From contig NW_024704743.1 of NCBI RefSeq assembly GCF_018977255.1, positions 90,584,001 to 90,648,000 on the forward strand: 64,000 nucleotides of DNA, in the 5' to 3' direction. The DNA comes from Callorhinchus milii (lineage: Eukaryota). This document shows positions 61,301-64,000 of this stretch, in pieces. Under the pieces are notes generated by a model that saw nothing but the letters and a program-made list of their open reading frames with translations, ran no database searches and was not told where the DNA came from. The position numbers were made by a program, and so were the translations under genes. Every line of letters begins with the position of its first letter. Position 1 is the first letter of the stretch.

Positions 61301-64000
61301 CTTTCCCTTTTGGGCAGCGATTGACATGGGTGGTTGGAGCAAGTCATAGTCGCAGGGGTGTAACAGTTGCAGGAATATTGCACATTTCCTTATAAAATCC
61401 AGGTTCCATTGACTAACCCGGGGTCTAGAAATGAAAAAAAACACTGCTAAGCGTGATCACCTTGTTGAGCTCTTTAACTATATCATCAGAGGACCTCTTA
61501 CATGCCAGGCTGTGATGGATGTGACTCTTACCACTTGCTGTACAGTGTCAGCATCACTGAGCGCTGTCCACAGAAAATGTCTCCGCTATTGAACCACCCA
61601 AAAAGAACATACATTTCCTTCTACTCTTAATCCTTTGGCTCTTTGGTTCCCATAAGTTCTCCCCCTGGTGTGAACAGGGGCAAATTCAACATTAATTACA
61701 CTGGAGCCTCCTCCCAATACCATCCAGAGAACGTATTTTCAAGAGTAGTGCAATTTACACTCACTCCAGTATAAATGTGGGGATATAAATTGCATCAATC
61801 CTGCTATCTGTTGATCCATTGAAAACTACAGCAACTTTAAACAGACTGTTTTTCAATCATCTGATTGTCTACATTTAGAATATAAGCTTTTGGTTCAATG
61901 GGGCATAATGGTAACAGTCACTTCTCGTTTTAATTTTATTTCTGAACTTCAGAACTTCTGAAGTGTGCTTTTCCCAAAATGTTTAGACCAAGTACATCAG
62001 CTGACAGTAGGCCATCTACTCATAAAATAGGTCATTGGTCATAACTTCCCTCTTCTGTTATAGTGTTTTTACCCACCTTCAATTGTCTCTGTAATTATAA
62101 AATTGTATGTTGTACTAAATCACAATAGTTAATGCCTTACAGTAGAACACTGCTTACCTGCTTGCCAATTATCCACGTGTCCAGTAATCTTCACTGGGTT
62201 CTGAAGCATAGTGGATGTGAGGTCACAAGATACTAGCCAAAGCATTTAGTCACGTAACTGTGTGAGGTTACTAGGAAAGTAATTTTCCCTGACAGCATGA
62301 CTACATTGCTTCCCTCGTAACCTTGCATACATGTTCACAACTTCATTCATGTGGACACTGGATCTTTTTTTTTTGCTTGTAGTGGAAAAGTAAGCATGAC
62401 CCATGTAAGAAAATGTAGTAGACATAAAGTCGTAGTGAGAGATAGAAAGTTAGAGATTTGGAAGGAGAAAGAAAAAGTTAGTGGGAGGGCATCAGAGAAA
62501 AAGGGTTGGCACAGTGCAGTATATTCATGACATTATAACCTGATGTATCAATGTTTCAGCACTGTAGCCAATTTGCATGATGTCCAATTATCTGCACTGT
62601 TTGCATATCTGCAATGGGACTAATCTGGACTAGTGTAGATGTAGATAATTATCTCTCTCCTACACTTTAAATTCCAAAGCATCTTATTGACCTTTGCAAG
62701 ATACTTGGCACTACAATGCATAATGTCTGCTGTAGGTTTTATGTTTTGGTTATAATGAAACACGTTGTATATTGAATCCATATGGGCAGATTATTGGAGC
62801 TGTCCCAGTTATACTAGATGCCCTCAGCATGGTAACGCATATAAAATTCTTATTTATATTCCCATGTGTCCAAATAACTGTTTTATGTTATTAGTTTCCA
62901 GCAGAAACAGGTTAGACGGTGGGGGTGGGTGGAAGGGGGTTGGGGGCATGGAAGCACAACAGCTGCTGCTTGTGTTACAGTTAAGTTAATATGTTCAGCC
63001 AGTGCAGCAAGCGAGATTCAGCACAGAGTCTCTTTGCGCACCGAGTGATTTTTGTGATGTTCGCGAATTGTACGTTAATTAACGTCACCGCTAATTAGCA
63101 GTGATCATTGTGAACTAATATTGAATGGGGTGGAAGTTTGCAAGCTGTTTCCACCTGTTCATGATTCCAAAATTAGAAGCCTTAAAGATCTAACAAAGAT
63201 CCATTATTGCCGCAATCCAGTTTTCAAACTCAATCTGCCATTGTATTGGGTTTCCATTCTTGAGGCCTACAGGGTATTGTCCTTTAGAGAGGTTTTGTTT
63301 GATGTAATAATTATTTTCAATGCTGAATCTTTAGAAAACAAGCAAAATTCCCTTCGTCTCCAGTTTAGCCCAGAAAATATTGTTAATAATTGAGGTTTTT
63401 AGAATACCTTACCACAAATGTTGTTCTGGCTGAGTCCATAAAGGCATTTGAAAGGGGTCTTGATAAATAGTCTTGATAAACCAGCACAGATACGATGGAC
63501 TGGTTAACTTCCTTCCGTGTTGTAAAGTCTTATGATTCTACTTCATAATAAGGCAATATCTTACTCTTTGCTCTGGGACGCAACACTTGTGTGCTGTGCT
63601 TTGTTTCCTCCTGTCTGGCTGTCAGTGTGTGCTCCAGTTAGTTTGGCACACAATATACGTTTAGCAATTAAAAAATCCTAGCAACGGCCAGAGAATGTTC
63701 AGAATGCCTGGGAGAAGTCTCCAGTACATGAAACCTCATTGTGTTCTCTCTTCATCTGAATGAGTTATGATACTAATAGTCAGAGCTCCCACAGACATTA
63801 AAGTCGGACCAATCTAATTACAAGGAGGAAAATAAAGTCTGCATGCATACAATAGTTGTTTTTAAGTACCATATTCTGACAAAAGCACATGGAAATTACA
63901 AGGAATTTTCAGTGTTTGCTTTTTAAAGATCGAAAATCTCCAGAAATATTATTTGAAGTATATACTGTACCCGTGATAATGTTTAATTTTGGGTGCAAAT
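43061..64000 (+). repeat. Copy 2 of the long direct duplication (runs off the window end)
   Basis: Collinear with 1-21555. It lacks two SINEs present in copy 1 and has scattered SNPs and small indels. Confidence 0.99.
59432..60775 (-). mobile_element. CR1 LINE (copy 2 equivalent of 16663-18005)
   Basis: Same motifs (YMDFQKAFDKV, PQGSILGPLLF) and the same octamer tail. Confidence 0.96.

Overview
AT-rich, repeat-dense vertebrate genomic DNA. The repeats (tRNA-headed SINEs with (ATT)n tails, L2 and CR1 LINEs, a Penelope-type fragment) suggest a cartilaginous fish, probably a chimaera such as Callorhinchus; this is inference. The only coding sequence I recognise is the last two exons of DIPK1C (FAM69C) on the minus strand (25842-25678 and 22572-22375) plus a likely poly(A) signal. 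I could not find its upstream exons. The dominant structure is a near-identical direct duplication: 1-21555 recurs at 43061-64000, with a 30-N assembly gap between the copies (28527-28556). The simplest reading is two haplotypes scaffolded in tandem, but a true ~43-kb tandem duplication cannot be excluded from this window. Comparing the copies shows two presence/absence insertions of a young tRNA-Ala-derived SINE: one with a clean 4-bp TSD, one with an unusual footprint. Other structures: nested L2-in-L2 and SINE-in-SINE insertions, a Helitron-like element, a solo-LTR-like segment, a 26-bp minisatellite with hairpins at both ends, a 70-bp direct repeat around a chimeric insert, and two unclassified old repeat pairs. 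I see no convincing new protein-coding system; most ORFs in the track are repeat-derived or chance. Repeat boundaries were set by eye and are approximate.
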